The notes under the pieces are model-generated. The model worked only from the letters and a program-made list of their open reading frames with translations. It did no database searches and was not told the DNA's origin. A DNA stretch of 64,000 bases from Octopus vulgaris. Its lineage: Eukaryota. The stretch spans positions 40,548,001-40,612,000 of the forward strand of contig OX597829.1 in the NCBI GenBank assembly GCA_951406725.2, written 5' to 3'. Shown here one piece after another: positions 49,993 through 63,780 of the stretch. How positions within the stretch are numbered: the first letter of the stretch is position 1; each line of letters begins with the position of its first letter. The translations under genes were made by a program, and so were the position numbers.

Positions 49993-50086
49993 CAGTATTT
50001 CCCACTTGTGTCTGGATGACCTCATCATTCAGTTAACTACCTGCATGACAAAGGATAGGATAACTCTTTTGATCTGAAGGTTACAC

Positions 50087-50545
50087 ATCATCATCATTTA
50101 ACATCCGATTTCTATGCTAGCATGGGTTGGACGATTTGACTGAGGTCTGGTGAACCAGACTCCAATCTGATCTGGCAGAGTTTCTACAGTTGGATGCCCT
50201 TCCTAACACCAACCACTCTGAGAGCGTAGTGGGTGCTTTTATGTGCCACCCACACAAGGGCCAGTTTGGTGGAACTGGCAACGGCCACGCCCAAATGGTG
50301 CTTTTTATGTGCCACCTGCACAGGAGCCAGTCCAGCAGCACTGGAGACGGCCTCACTCGAATATTCCACATGCCACCTGCACAAGTGCTAGTAAGGCAAC
50401 ACGGTAACAATTTCGGTCGAATGGTGTGCTTAACATGCCATTGGTACGAAGGCCAGCTTGTTGCTCTGGCAACGATCTCACTGGTATGGTACTCTTAGCG
50501 CTCCACTAGCAACAGATGCCAGTCACCGAGTTTGATTTTGACTTA
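50087..50545 (-). mobile_element. RTE LINE 3' UTR (family C)
   Basis: Match to 18711-19261. Confidence 0.8.
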
Positions 50546-50842
50546 CAAAAAACAGCACTCTAATGAGAGAGCCACTGTGCAGTTAATTGGTCTACAAGTG
50601 TAGTAGTACTGGTTGTAGTAGAAGTGGTAGTTGTTGTTTAGCCCCCAGGTCAGCATTGCTTGAACAGACAAAATCTTTAAAAGTATTCCAGTTGTGGTCG
50701 TGTATTTTCATTCAAAAGCAGAATTATGTTGTCCAATGTCAGTTACATTTCCTTTCTTTTCTTTTTATATTTAAATAAGATGGGGTGTGATTACAGAGAG
50801 ATTTATTTGCTATTTCTTGCACAGCACCCAACCATGTACATC

Positions 50843-51242
50843 TTTCTTTACTGCCCACAAGGGGGACTACATACAGAGGGGACAAACAAGGACAGACAAA
50901 CGGATTAAGTTGATTACATCGACCCCAGTGCGAAACTGGTACTTAATTTATCGATCCTGAAAGTATGAAAAGCAAAGTCGACCTCGGCGGAATTTGAACT
51001 CAGAACATAGCAGTAGATGAAATACCTATTTCTTTACTACCCGCAAGGGACTAAACACAGAGGGGACAAACAAGGACAGACACACGGATTAAGTCGATTA
51101 GATCGACCCCAGTGCGTAACTGGTACTTATTCGACCCCGAAAGGATGAAAGGCAAAGTCGACTTCGGTGGAATTTGAACTCAGAACATTGCAGTAGATGA
51201 AATACTGCTAAGGATTTCGCCCAGCATGCTAACGTTTCTGCC
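50843..51242 (-). mobile_element. SINE family B tandem dimer
   Basis: Junction AATACCTATTTC at 51021; outer TSD CAACCATGTACATCTT. Confidence 0.88.
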
Positions 51243-52014
51243 TTTGTAAGATGTACATGTACAACCATGTACATCTTACCACTCTGGTTGTAATAGCTGT
51301 GTTGTTTATAATCGTGAGTTATGTAGTAGTAGCAGCAGCAGTGTCATTCAGCCAGTTTGTGGTTTAGTTTCCTTGATTTAAAAAAAAAAAAAAGAAGGAA
51401 AGAAAGAACCTTTTGAAACCATTTCCCCCTGAGACAGAAACTAACTACCTGCTTTAAGATGTTCTTTTTTTTTTTTTTTTAGTAAGAATCTTTTGTTAAG
51501 TGGTGTTGTTTCAAACACCAAAGTGTAATATACTAATCAGTGGGAAAATTCTGTTTTACTTCTTTTTTTTTTTTTTTTTGAATTATCTAAAATAGCAGTT
51601 TCATCGGAAATTCAGAAATCTGGACACAAAAAGGTTTATTGCTGGTATATTTACTTTATACACAGGAAACAGCTTATGAACAAGTACTCTGTAGGCCAGT
51701 GTTCTATTCTTAGTACCAAGGTAAACCTGTAACGGTTGTTTATAAATGGAAATTAAATGATGCCAAAAGATTGATCAAAGAACATTAACTATTTAAATAA
51801 AAGAAAGCAAGAATAAAAAGTGTTTTTCTCAGTTGCATCAAGTTTCTATATCTGCAAAAAAGATCTTATGAGTGAGTTGGTTGAGTTAGTTAATATCTCT
51901 CATTCACAGAATTAAAAAAATATGTCATTTCTACTGTACAGTGAAATAAAAAAAGTGGGGGTGGGTTTCTGCGGTTTGATCTTTCTCAGCAGTTATAGAA
52001 AATCTGCATTGAGT

Positions 52015-52570
52015 TAACTCTTTTTGTACTAACCTGCCTGAAATTGTGCCCTAGGTTTATAATACAAATATCCCTCTTTTAAAACTATCTAAATTGAAGC
52101 TTTCCTCCAAAATTTCAAGTTAATTTATATACTAAATACAATTTGAATAATGACGAAGTTACTTTACTAAATTCATAATGAGCATGGCTCAGTGGTTAGA
52201 GCGTCGAGTTTACAATCATGAGGTTATGAGTTCGAATCCCGGACCGGGCTGCATGTTGTGTTCTTGAGCAAGACACTTTATTTCACGTTGCTCCAGTTCA
52301 CTCAGCTGTACAAATGAGTTGCGATGTCACAGGTGCCAAGCTGTGTCGGCTTTTGCCTTTCCCTTAGATAACACTGGTGGTGTGGAGGCCGGTATGCATG
52401 GGTGAGTGCTGATCTTCCATAAACAACCTTGCCCAGACTTGTGCCTGGGAGGGTAACTTTGTAGGTGCAATACCACGGTCAGTCATGACCGAAGGGGGTC
52501 ACAAAAAAAAAATTATTTTCAAAATGAATTAAAACGAAGTGTATTTCAACATTATTGTGGTGACAGAAAG
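52015..52570 (+). mobile_element. MITE family E2 interrupted by SINE family D (52180-52500)
   Basis: TTAACTCTTTTTGTACTAACC start; the SINE has A box TGGCTCAGTGG and B box GAGTTCGAATCC. Confidence 0.8.
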
Positions 52571-52651
52571 GCAACATTTATTATGAATCTAGTTAATGCA
52601 AAGATCCAGCTTTCAGTTTTAGTAATTTGTAATAGCAATAGTACAGTGAAA

Positions 52652-53260
52652 TCATCATCATCGTTTAACGTCCACTTTCCATGCTAGCATGGGTTGGACA
52701 ATTTGACTGAGAGCTGGCAAACCAGATGGCTGCACCAGACTCCAATCTGATCTGGCAGAATTTCTACAGCTTGATGCCCTTCCTAACGCCAACCACTCTG
52801 AGAGTGTAATGGGTGCTTTTACGTGCCGCCGGCATGAGGGCCAGTCAGGCGGTACTGGTAACGGCCACACTCAAATGGTGTTTTTTACATGCCACCTGCA
52901 CAGGAGCCAGTCCAGCGGCACTGGCAACGACCTCGCTCGAATGTTTTTTCACATGCCAGTGAGGTGATGCAGGTAACGATCACGCTCGAATGGTGCTTTT
53001 TACATGCCATGGCATGGAGGCCAGCTTGTTACTCTGGCAACGATCATGCTCGTATGGTACTTTTAGTGCTCCACTAGCACGGATACCAGTCATCGAATTT
53101 GATTTCAATTTCAATTTCACTTGCCTCAACAGGTCTTCGCAAGCAGAGTTTAGTGTCCAATGAGGGAAAGGTACACATAAGTGGGCTGGTTACACCCCTG
53201 GCATAGGCCACGACGTTATGGTCTCACTTGGGCTTGCCAAGTCTTCTCAAGCACAGCGTA
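52652..53260 (-). mobile_element. Longest family C copy: RTE 3' UTR plus last ORF codons
   Basis: Minus strand begins ...AVLEKTWQAQ (RTE-like ORF end), then repeats and a (GAT)n tail. Confidence 0.75.
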
Positions 53261-53767
53261 AATGTAGTACTATTATTACTAATATCAAATAGTAGTAATA
53301 TGATGTAGAACTACTGTTAAATGAAGACCCTGGTGGTGAATTAAGAGATATCAGTGTCAAGTAAATGTTTGTGGCTTAGTTGTTAGGGTGTGGCACTCAC
53401 AGTTGCCAGATTGTGGGTCTGATTCCTGAACTAGGTGATGTGTTGTATTCTTGACAACTTCATTGTGTCCAAATATCTGCTTTAGCATAGTTTCTGTGGC
53501 TGGATACTTTCCTAATGTCATTCATGTTACAGAGTATTCTAAGTGCTCTCTTTACATGACACTAGCACTGGTGAGGTCAATCAAGTAAATTGCAAGAGTG
53601 GACCTCTCGACTGAGTGGCAGGAACGGGGGAGTGGTCTTGAGGGAGGTGGCTTTATGCCAGGTAACTGAGAACTCAAAGTCTTACTTAGATTAGTGTTTC
53701 TTTCTCTAAGATGTTGGCAGCATGAGTGAAAAGAAATGGTCTCGAATACATATGGTGTTGCTGTCAT

Positions 53768-54000
53768 AAGGCGGCGAGTTGGCAAAAATGTTTGCACGCC
53801 GGGTGAAATGCTAAATAGTATTTCATCTGCCACTATGTTCTGAGTTCAAATTCCGCCGAGGTCGACTTTGCCTTTCATCCTTTCGGGGTCAATTAAATAA
53901 GTACCAGTTACGCACTGGGGTCGATATAATCGACTTAATCCATTTGTCTGTCCTTGTTTGTCCTCTCTGTGTTTAGCCCCTTGTGGGTAGTAAAGAAATA
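53768..54000 (+). mobile_element. SINE family B, full length
   Basis: 14-bp TSD GGT(G/A)TTGCTGTCAT. Confidence 0.9.
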
Positions 54001-54927
54001 GGTATTGCTGTCATTTTTGTTTTTGGTATCATGTTAGCCCTAGTGAGCAGACCTATGATAAATAAAAAAGTACTCTCACCATGTCCATCTTGTGTTTTTC
54101 CTAAGACTACGTTACCCAATGAGATTTTCTGTTTAGACAATGGGGTGTGCTTTGCGAGATATTTTGCTGCTGTTTATGGTAGATCAAGAACTGCCATCAC
54201 ATTGATGGCTGTTTGCTAGTAGTTTTACTCTGTGGTGCTTGTCATTTGCATTGAAGTAACATTAAAAAGATATCTAATAGATTGGTTAAATCATGCCAAA
54301 AATTTGCTTTTTATGTTCTTTTTTATTGATTTATTTATTTAATTTCATATGAATGAAAAAAAAATAAAGTAAATAAAAGCCATCTCTTTGGTATAAGATC
54401 ATTCTAATAGTTAATGGTTCCATAAATCAAAGTTGCCAAGAAATTTCATAATTGCAGTAACCCCCAAGACAATTCTTGCAAAAGTAAATAAAAATTAAAT
54501 AAAATAAAATATTTCAAAAATAATAAAAAGGAAAGACTTTAAAAAGGTGACAGGTATATTGATTAAATTGGTTCCTATGTACCAAAATTTTATATTTTTA
54601 TGGGCGGGGAGGTGCAAACGATGGGAATCATTCAAGACACCCGTGTAGCTAAACATTTTATTTATATATTTATTTTTAGGGTCATATGATTCTTTTATAC
54701 TTTTCTTTTTTAAACTGCTTACCAACCATGCAAACTAGCTAAAGAATGACAGAAATTTGGTTACTCATTGGGGACATAGTTCCACCATAAACAGTAAATC
54801 TAGCATTACCATTTTGGGAGAAGGTCATTAACCCTGGCCATTCTTGGATGACATTTTTATTTTCTCCTCTCTCCTCAATCAATATACATACATTAATACA
54901 TTCATTCATACATATGTACATCGTGTA

Positions 54928-54959
<32 letters not shown>

Positions 54960-56095
54960 CAGGCACAGTCATAGTGGTTAAGAAGCTTCCTTGGCAACCA
55001 CATAGTTTCAGGTTCAGTCCCATTGCATGGCACCATAGGGAAACTGACTAATGCCTTGTGAGTGGATTTGGTAGGCAGATACTGTGGGGGTACTCGTTGT
55101 GTGTGAATATTGATTTTTTTTTTTTACCCACAAGGGGCCAACAAAGAGGGGACAACACAATCTGATTTTGGGGTCAGATGAGCGAATGATTATACAAAAA
55201 AGAAGACATTAAAAATTTTACAAAAATAAGAAAATATAATAAAATCGAATGGTAGGACAGACCGGAAGACATTATGGCTGGAGTGGTGGGGGCCGGTTTA
55301 ATTCGGACCCCACGAGCCCTGCCTCGCCACTGATACCTGAGTTACATCCTGTGTCGCATTAATGAGGTTCCATCCACACGCAACATCCATGCTACATTCT
55401 TCCATCGGTCTTCAAACATTTTCACAGTCAGGCATTTTCTCTCTAGCCCTATTTTCCTTTTAAAGTGAAAGGTGAAGTAATTCACCAATTCAGGGCCAGA
55501 GATGGAATATATGTGTGTGTGTGTGTGCATATTTGTGTTTGTGTGTCTTGTTTGTTCTCTGCCAACTGGTGTTGATGTGTTTACGTGTCTGTAACTCAGC
55601 AGTTTCATGAAAGACACTGATAGAATCGGTAACAGATTTAAAATAAGTACCGTGAGTGGAGAGGGGATTTGCTCTACTAAACTCTTCAAAGCAGTGCTCC
55701 AGCTTGATCCCAGTCAAATGACTGAAACACCTTTAAAGGATATATGTATGTATGTATGTGTGTGTGGTAAGATGCTTGCTTCTCAACCACATGCTTCTGA
55801 TTTCAGTCCTACTGTGTGGTACCTTGAGCAAGTGTCTTCTAATATAGCTAAGAGCCGACCAAAGCCTTGAGAGTGGATTTGGTCAACGGAAACTGAAAGA
55901 AGCCCATCATATATATATATAAGCCCATCATATATATACAAGGACAGACAAAGGGATTAAGTCGATTACATCGACCCCGAAAGGATGAAAGGCACAGTCG
56001 ACCTCGACGGAATTTGAACTCAGAATGTAACGGCAGACGAAATACGGCTACGCATTTTGCCCAGCGTGCTTAACGGTTCTGCTAGCTTGCTGCCT
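54960..56095. mobile_element. SINE A (54960-55740, interrupted), SINE A 5' half (55760-55910), SINE B - (55939-56095)
   Basis: Family matches. Confidence 0.75.
55114..55505 (-). mobile_element. 5'-truncated LINE 3' end, probably L1/Tx1 clade, inserted in a SINE A
   Basis: ISGPELVNYFTFHFKRKIGLERKCLTVKMFEDRWKNVAWMLRVDGTSL* (stop at 55342), ~215-nt UTR, poly(A); clade assigned from recalled similarity only. Confidence 0.6.
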
Positions 56096-57329
56096 TATTG
56101 TTATCATTATTATGATTATTACTATTTGTGGTTGTTGTTTTTTAACTGATTGAGCAGACATGATGATTAAAGTTATTTTTCAAGCTCCGTCGTGCATCTT
56201 TTATTTATTCAGGCAATGTATTTAGGAAGACCAACTGCCTTCCCCACTCTGTGATTTGATTTCATATTGCAGTTGGTGAACAGTAGTGCCATTACCTACA
56301 TGTTCCCTCTCAGCAAGCCAATGACTGCATTTCTTGAAGCAACAACAGTGACAAGGGAGTGTCTCTCTCTAACTTGTTGCAAAAGGACTTTGTTCTCACA
56401 AACAATTTTCATTTGAAAAATGCCAGGGTTTCTTTTTATTGTGTGTGTGTGTGTGTGTGTGTGTTTCTTTATGACATTTACATCCTTTGCCAATATACAT
56501 TGGCAAAAGACACATACATGCATGCACATGCGCACACACACACACACATCATAAGCATTGTCATCATCATCATAATATCCACATTTCCAATATTGCATGG
56601 ATTAGATAGGTTTTATTGAAGCAGATTTTTTCTACGACCAGATGCCCATCCTGTTCCCAACCCTCACCTTTTTCCAAGCAAGGGGTAGTGGAATGTATAG
56701 TCAGTACAAGGTGTTGATGTGGCTGCATGTATGTTCATACAGAGATGAAAGAATGAATTCAAGACCTATATATTTACTACATAAAAATATTTTTTATTTC
56801 TTTTATCGGTGACAATACATGGAATCAAAATGTAGAATCTAGTTGAAAGAAGTAATCTATGCAAAAAAGTTCAGAGATAGAAAATGTAGAAATAACAGCT
56901 ATGTGGTGCTTTTCAGTCATGTGGCATAGAGAAATAGACGGATATAGCAATGACGTGATTGGCTCTAAATCTAATCGACTAAGAAGCAAAAAGTTGAGTA
57001 AGCAAGCGGTTTTTATTAATGGAAAGCTGGACATTCTAGAAACTTCCATGAGAAACACTAAGCTTCTTGAATAATTAAGAATCAAGTCTCATGACACAGA
57101 TGCTTCGAGAAACTTAGAAACGGGAGGTTACTCTGTTCTTTCTTGCAAGGGAGATCATTCAACTATATATCTACCTACACCACTACAAAGGTAATATGTT
57201 CCCCATGGCCAGATATATTTTCACAGGATACTGGGAATAAATGACAATGTTTTTATGACAAACATTTTCCTCCCTTCATGCAATAGCATACCCTGTAGCA
57301 GAAGTGTTAAGACCAGTTCTACTGGTGGT

Positions 57330-57943
57330 GTAAAGCACTCGTGGCAGTGCCATGTAAAAGCACCCATGCAGTGCCACATAAAAGCATTGTAAAGTGGTTG
57401 GCATTAGGAAGGGCTTCCAGCTGTAGAAACCGTGTCAAGTCAGACTATGATCAACTGCAGCTTCCCAGCTCTGGTCAAACTGTCCAACCCTTGCCAGCAT
57501 GGATAACAGACGTTAAATGGTGATATATATATATAATATATAGGCGTAGGAGTGGTTGTGTGGTAAGTAGTTTGCTTACGAACCACATGGTTCCGGGTTC
57601 AGTTCCACTGCGTGGCACCTTGGGCAAGTGTCTTCAACTGTAGCCTCGGGCCGACCAAAGCCTTGTGAGTGGATTTGGTAGACGGAAACTGAAAGAAGCC
57701 CGTTGTATATATGTATATATGTATGTGTGTGTATACATTTGTGTCTGCGTTTGTCCCTTCAACATCACTTGACAACCGATGCTGGTGTGTTTACGTCCCC
57801 GTCACTTAGCGGTTCGGCCAAAGAGACCGATAGAATAGGTACTAGGCTTACAAAGAATAAATCCTGGGGGGGGTCAATTTACTCGACTAAAGGCAGTGCT
57901 CCAGCATGGCCACAGTCAAATGACTGAAACAAGTAAAAGAGAG
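57330..57943 (+). mobile_element. Family C tail (57330-57525) and full-length SINE A (57542-57943)
   Basis: Family matches. Confidence 0.85.
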
Positions 57944-59004
57944 TATATGAGAGACAGAGTGGGTGGCCAGTATGGTTAGATGCACTTGAGGTGTGCAACA
58001 GCTAAACCACGTAGGTCTTGGCTCCAAGAAGGGAAAGAGATCCTCCGCATGGGTCTTATATGTTGCAACATATGTATGCAAATATGTGTGTGTGTAGATG
58101 TTATGTAATGTTTATTTTGTACCTCAATATAATGTATCTAAATGTGTATATACAATGTATATAATTTCAATTCATAATTGATGTCTTACAAACCCATTGG
58201 TTTTTTTCTTCAGAATCGGCCTGTTCTAGACATATTTTTGTTTGTTTATTGAGATGTATTGGCACTTATTTTTTTTCTTTTGTCCAAAATTCTGGGGGGC
58301 GGGGAGGGGGGGGAGAGGCGTTTTATTTTTTTTTTAAACTATTTTTTTCCTTTGTCTTCTTCCCTCCTCCTCCTCCTCCCTCTTGCAGCAAACCTTTTTA
58401 TTCTCTATATATCTCTTTACATGTTTACTTATCTGTCTCTCTCTATTTTTCCGAGTGAAAGTCATTTAGTTTCCTGGCACCTCAACTTGGATCCATACTG
58501 CGAGTTTGTGTGTGAGAGACAGACATATGCACTGAGAGAGTGGAAGAGGGAGAAAAAGGAGAGATTATAAAATATCAGTTCATTACTTTAGACTTCTATT
58601 GATTCTACAAGCCCCACCCACCCCCGCCTCTCCAGTGGCGCTGGGTTTTTTTTTCTTCTTTTTTTTTCCCAGTTTTTTTTTTCTTTTCTTTTATTACTAT
58701 TTATTATTTGTTTCTTTATTTCAAGCTGTGGCATTTGAAATCTATAAGTAATATTCCAGTAAATATATGTAAAGAGATTTTGAAAGACCTCTTTATGATC
58801 TATTCACATAAATATGCACACGCAAACACACAAACTCACACGCACCAACACACTTACTTATATATATATATATATATACGCACACACACATACATACACC
58901 CCACCTTACTAAACCATAAAACTAGGTATGTGTGCATGGGGTTGGGGAAAGATATAATATACATATACACGTGTATGTACATGTATGTATTTCATGTGTG
59001 TGTG

Positions 59005-59116
<112 letters not shown>

Positions 59117-59139
59117 TGCACACACACACACAGACATAT

Positions 59140-59416
59140 CATCATTATAATTTTACGTCTATTTCCCATTTTAGCATGAGTTGAACATCTCAACAGGAAT
59201 TGGCAAGTCACAAGACTGCACCAAACCTTGCTGTCTGCTTTGGGTATGGTTTCTGTGGGTTGGATGCCCTTCCTAATGCCAACCACTTTGCAGAATGTGC
59301 TGAATGCTTTTCACATGGCACCAGCAACAGTAAAGACAGCAAATAGCTACCTCTCACGTGCACAGAGAAACACACACACACACATATATATGTGTGTGTG
59401 TGTGTGTATATATATG

Positions 59417-59458
<42 letters not shown>

Positions 59459-59950
59459 ATATGTATGTATATATATATATGTATATATATATCTATATAT
59501 ATGTATGTATATATATATATATACATGCATATACATACATATATATGTATATATATATGTATGTATATATATATATACATATACATATACATACATATAT
59601 ATATATGTATATATATGTATTATATATATATGTGTATGTATTATATATATCTCTATATGTATTCATCATTATCATTTAACGTCCGTTTTCCATGCTAGCA
59701 TGGGTTGGACGGTTCAACCGGGGTCTGGGAGGCCAGGAGGCTGCACCAGGCTCCAGTCTGATCCGTGAGTGTAGTGGCTCCAGTCTGATCCGTGAGTGTA
59801 GGGGTCAAAGGAGGCTGGCAAATGGCCACGATTGGTTGGTGCTTTTACGTGTCACCGACACAGATGCCAGATAGGTGGTGCTGGCATCTGCCATGTTCAG
59901 ACAGTGCTTTTTTACATGTCACTGGCACGGGTATCTTAACTACAATTTCC
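59140..59950 (-). mobile_element. Two family C (RTE 3' UTR) fragments separated by (TA)n
   Basis: GGATGCCCTTCCTAATGCCAACCAC and CATTTAACGTCCGTTTTCCATGCTAGC motifs. Confidence 0.7.
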
Positions 59951-60419
59951 ATTTTATTTTTATGCTGTTTGTGACTTTTACCTGAGAATGCCCCTTAAGA
60001 ATGTAAAAATATGAAGCAAAGCTATTTAGGCCTGTAAGCCAAGCTACAACCAAATCATGATCAGTCAGTCGGAACCAATTGTGGTCGTAAGTCAAGTTAT
60101 AATTATGAAGTCAAGCCAAATATTAGTATTTTGAAATCATTTAATAAGTATGTTTTAGGTTTGTGCAAAATATGATAGGAAATGCATCTGTTACATAAAC
60201 CTTGTTGATGTGTGCTGAGGTTTGTTCACCATGTGGCCTAGTGGTTAGAACGTCTTGCACACAAGATCACAAGATCATAATTTCAATTCCCAAACCAAGC
60301 AGTGCCAATGTGTTCTTGCAGAAAACATTTCATTTCACATTGCTGTGCAATCATTTCGTCATCTGACCTGTGGCGCACCATGCACCTGCACAGGTAATGT
60401 CAGTTTGATGGCAGGAATG

Positions 60420-60633
60420 AGCGGTGAGCTGGCAGAAACGTTAGCACGCCGGGCGAAATGCGTAGCCGTATTTCGTTTCAAATTCTGCCGAGGTCGACTT
60501 TGCCTTTCATCCTTTTGGGGTCGATAAATTAAGTACCATTTACGCAGTGCGGTCAATGTAATCGACTTAATCCGTCTGTCTGTCCATGTTTGTCCCCTCT
60601 GTGTTTAGCCCCTTGTGGGTAGTAAAGAAATAA
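60420..60633 (+). mobile_element. SINE family B
   Basis: Family match; GAATGAG duplication. Confidence 0.85.
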
Positions 60634-61339
60634 GAATGAGCCATCGTTATTGTACAGCCACAAACATTTGACCACTACAAACAAATCATCTGCACAAGTT
60701 GTCCAGCAAGAAGCGGCCGTGCTTTCCTCTAATGTTTACAACAGGTGAGAGTCCAGCAGCACCAGTACTATTATGTATATATTTATACACACACACACAC
60801 ACACGCACACCCGTATAATTTGCTTGAATCTCTTGAGATGAAGAACTAACCTTTTGATATTCTTGTGAGAGACGTGTGTCATCTATATTTATTGGAAAAA
60901 TGTTGTTTGACCAATGTTTATTTGATGGAAATATACATGACATAGGATTTCTTGTTTGTAAATTAGTTTTCACTTCATAAAGTCAACTGATTCAGTTCTG
61001 TACATGAGTTATTAAATTTAGTAGTAATGTTGTAGATTATGAAGTTAAAAATATAGTTTAAATAATGAAATAAGAGTCATTAAAGTCAACAGCAATATTT
61101 ACAACAATGGATACCAGCTAAAATGAAATATGGAGACTGTGAAAAGTCAATAATATCCAGAAATTTATATTTTATTATATAATTTATTGTGTTTTTTCTT
61201 TCATTATATTCAGTAAAAATTAATTTTCATTTTAGTGTTTATCACTCCATTCAAAGCAGAATCTCTAGTCAAGCTGGCCAAACTTAATTTAAAACTAAAG
61301 ATATTTCATAGTAAGGGTAGACTCATTTTTACATACAAA

Positions 61340-61865
61340 TTTGACGACTGGCATCCATGCTAGCAGGGTGCAAAGAGCACCATATGAGGGTGATCATTGA
61401 CAGAGCAGCTAACCGGCTTCTGTGCTAGTGACACATAAAAGGGCGCCATTCGAGTGTGATCGTTACCAGCATTGCCTTACTGGCACTTGTGCCCATGCTA
61501 GTTGGGTGCCAAGAGCACCATCCGAGCATGATCATTGCCAGAGCAGCCAACTGGCTTCCGTACCCATGGCACGTAAAGGGCCACTATTTGAGCGTGATCA
61601 TTATCAATGTCGCCTTACTGGCACCTGTGCTTGTAGCATGTGTATAAAGATTCGAGTGAGGTTGTTGCCAGTACTGCCTGACTGGCCCCATGCCAGTGGC
61701 ACATAAAAAGCATGGTTGGCGTTAGGAAGGGCATCCAGCTGTAGAAACTCTACCAGATCAAGATTGGAGCCTGGTGCAGCCGTCTGGTTCGCCAGCCCTC
61801 AGTCAAAATCGTCCAACCCATGCTAGCATGGAAGGTGGACGTTAAACGATGATGATGATGACGAC
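61340..61865 (+). mobile_element. RTE LINE 3' UTR (family C)
   Basis: Reverse complement of 18711-19261; (GAT)n tail. Confidence 0.85.
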
Positions 61866-62679
61866 ACACATATATGAAAGGCACCAGCATCACTGGTCTA
61901 TAAGAAGTTCAACTCCCTACCGCATATTTTTAGGCTCAGTCCCACTGTGTGACACCTTGGACAGGTGTCTTCTACTATCACCCCAGGCTGACCAGATCCT
62001 TGTTGAAGAATTTTGTAGACAGAAACTGAAAGAAGCCCATTGTATAGTTGCGTGTGTCACCATCATGCAGGCAGTGTTCTTTGTTTCCAGTCTTCCGTGA
62101 AAGCACGTCTGATCATGGGCAACTATCATCTTGCTTGGAAACAGGCAAGAGTCGGCGACGGGAAGGACATCCAGCCCTACAAAATTCACTTCAACAAATT
62201 TTATTGAAACCATGCAAGCATGGGAAAATGGAAGTTGATAATGATGATATGTATATGTGTGTGTGTGTGTGTGTGCATGTGTATTAGTGCATGCGTTTGT
62301 ATCACCCTGTTTTCAACATCATATTATTATTGTTGTGAATGAGCATTACTGTCATTCGAATGTAGTCTGTCATATCCAGTTTTTGTAATTCTCCCCCCAG
62401 CCATTGGGGAAATAATACCTTACTTGGAAACATATGAGGGTTGGTGACAGGAAGGGCATCGGGCAGTGGGTAATCTTTCTTAGTTTATTCCATCAGACAC
62501 ATGCAGCATTAAGAAGTCATCATAAAAACAAAGATGATATCTACTCAGAAGGATGAAAAGCAAAGTCGGCCTCAGCAGAATTTGAACTCAGAACGTCAAG
62601 ACATACGAAATGCCTGAAATCGAGTAACATGCATTGAACTTTCATACGTGATTTTATTACATATATCTTTCTGTTGTCT

Positions 62680-63052
62680 TATACTTGTTCCAGTCATTTG
62701 ACTGTGGCCATACTGGGGCACCACCTTGAAGGGTCAAACAAACTGACCTCAGGAATGTTTTTTTTTTTTAAAAAGCCTGGTACTTATTCTATCAGTCTCT
62801 TTTGCCAAACTGCTAAGTTATGGGGATGTAAACACACCAACACTGTTTGTCTAGTGGTGGTGGGTGACAAACACACACACATAGATATACTCAATGGGGT
62901 TCTTTAAATTTCCATCTACCAAATCCACTCACAAGGCTCTGGTTGACCTCAGACTATAGTAGAAGACACTTGCCCAAAGTACCACACAGTGGGACTGAAC
63001 CTGGAACCATGTGGTTGTGAAGCAAGCTTCTTACCACACAGCCACGCCTGCA

Positions 63053-63055
<3 letters not shown>
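62680..63055 (-). mobile_element. SINE family A, diverged
   Basis: Family match. Confidence 0.8.
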
Positions 63056-63134
<79 letters not shown>

Positions 63135-63745
63135 TATATATATATATATTTAAAGTATATATATATATATATAAAATCATGAACTTCTGTATATTTTATA
63201 TTACCAACCAATATAAATGAACTTTGTTCATTGCTGTTTTCTACACTCCCCTGATTTTCGTGCATGTTTTCTTACCTTTTTTTTTTTACCTGTGTTTTTC
63301 AAGAGTTGTTTCAGGTTGTAATTACACATCAGAACTAGTAATCTGTTTTTAAATTAACTTGACAAAAAGCTATGTAGTTTTATTTTCAATTTTTACCTAT
63401 TTTACGTATGGTTCTGAAATTATTTTATTCAGCTTTGTTGGTTCGTTAAGTTTCCCAGCAACTCCTGCTAAAAAGCACAAGTAATTGCACATTTCTTATG
63501 GAAAGTGATGATAGATAATCATTTGATACTGTATCAGTTGTTAAGAAAATATGCATATTTCTTTTCCATATTACAGCCACAGCTGAAGTGAAACGTTTTT
63601 TTTTTTTAATTCTGCATAGAGTCTTGGATTAATTACACAAAAATTCATTTCTGTGAGTTGAAATAGATAATGGAAAAGGAAAGTTTTGTCTTTCTTCAGA
63701 GACATTTGTTTACATCTGAGGTTCTATTACTATAAATGAGAGTGA

Positions 63746-63780
<35 letters not shown>

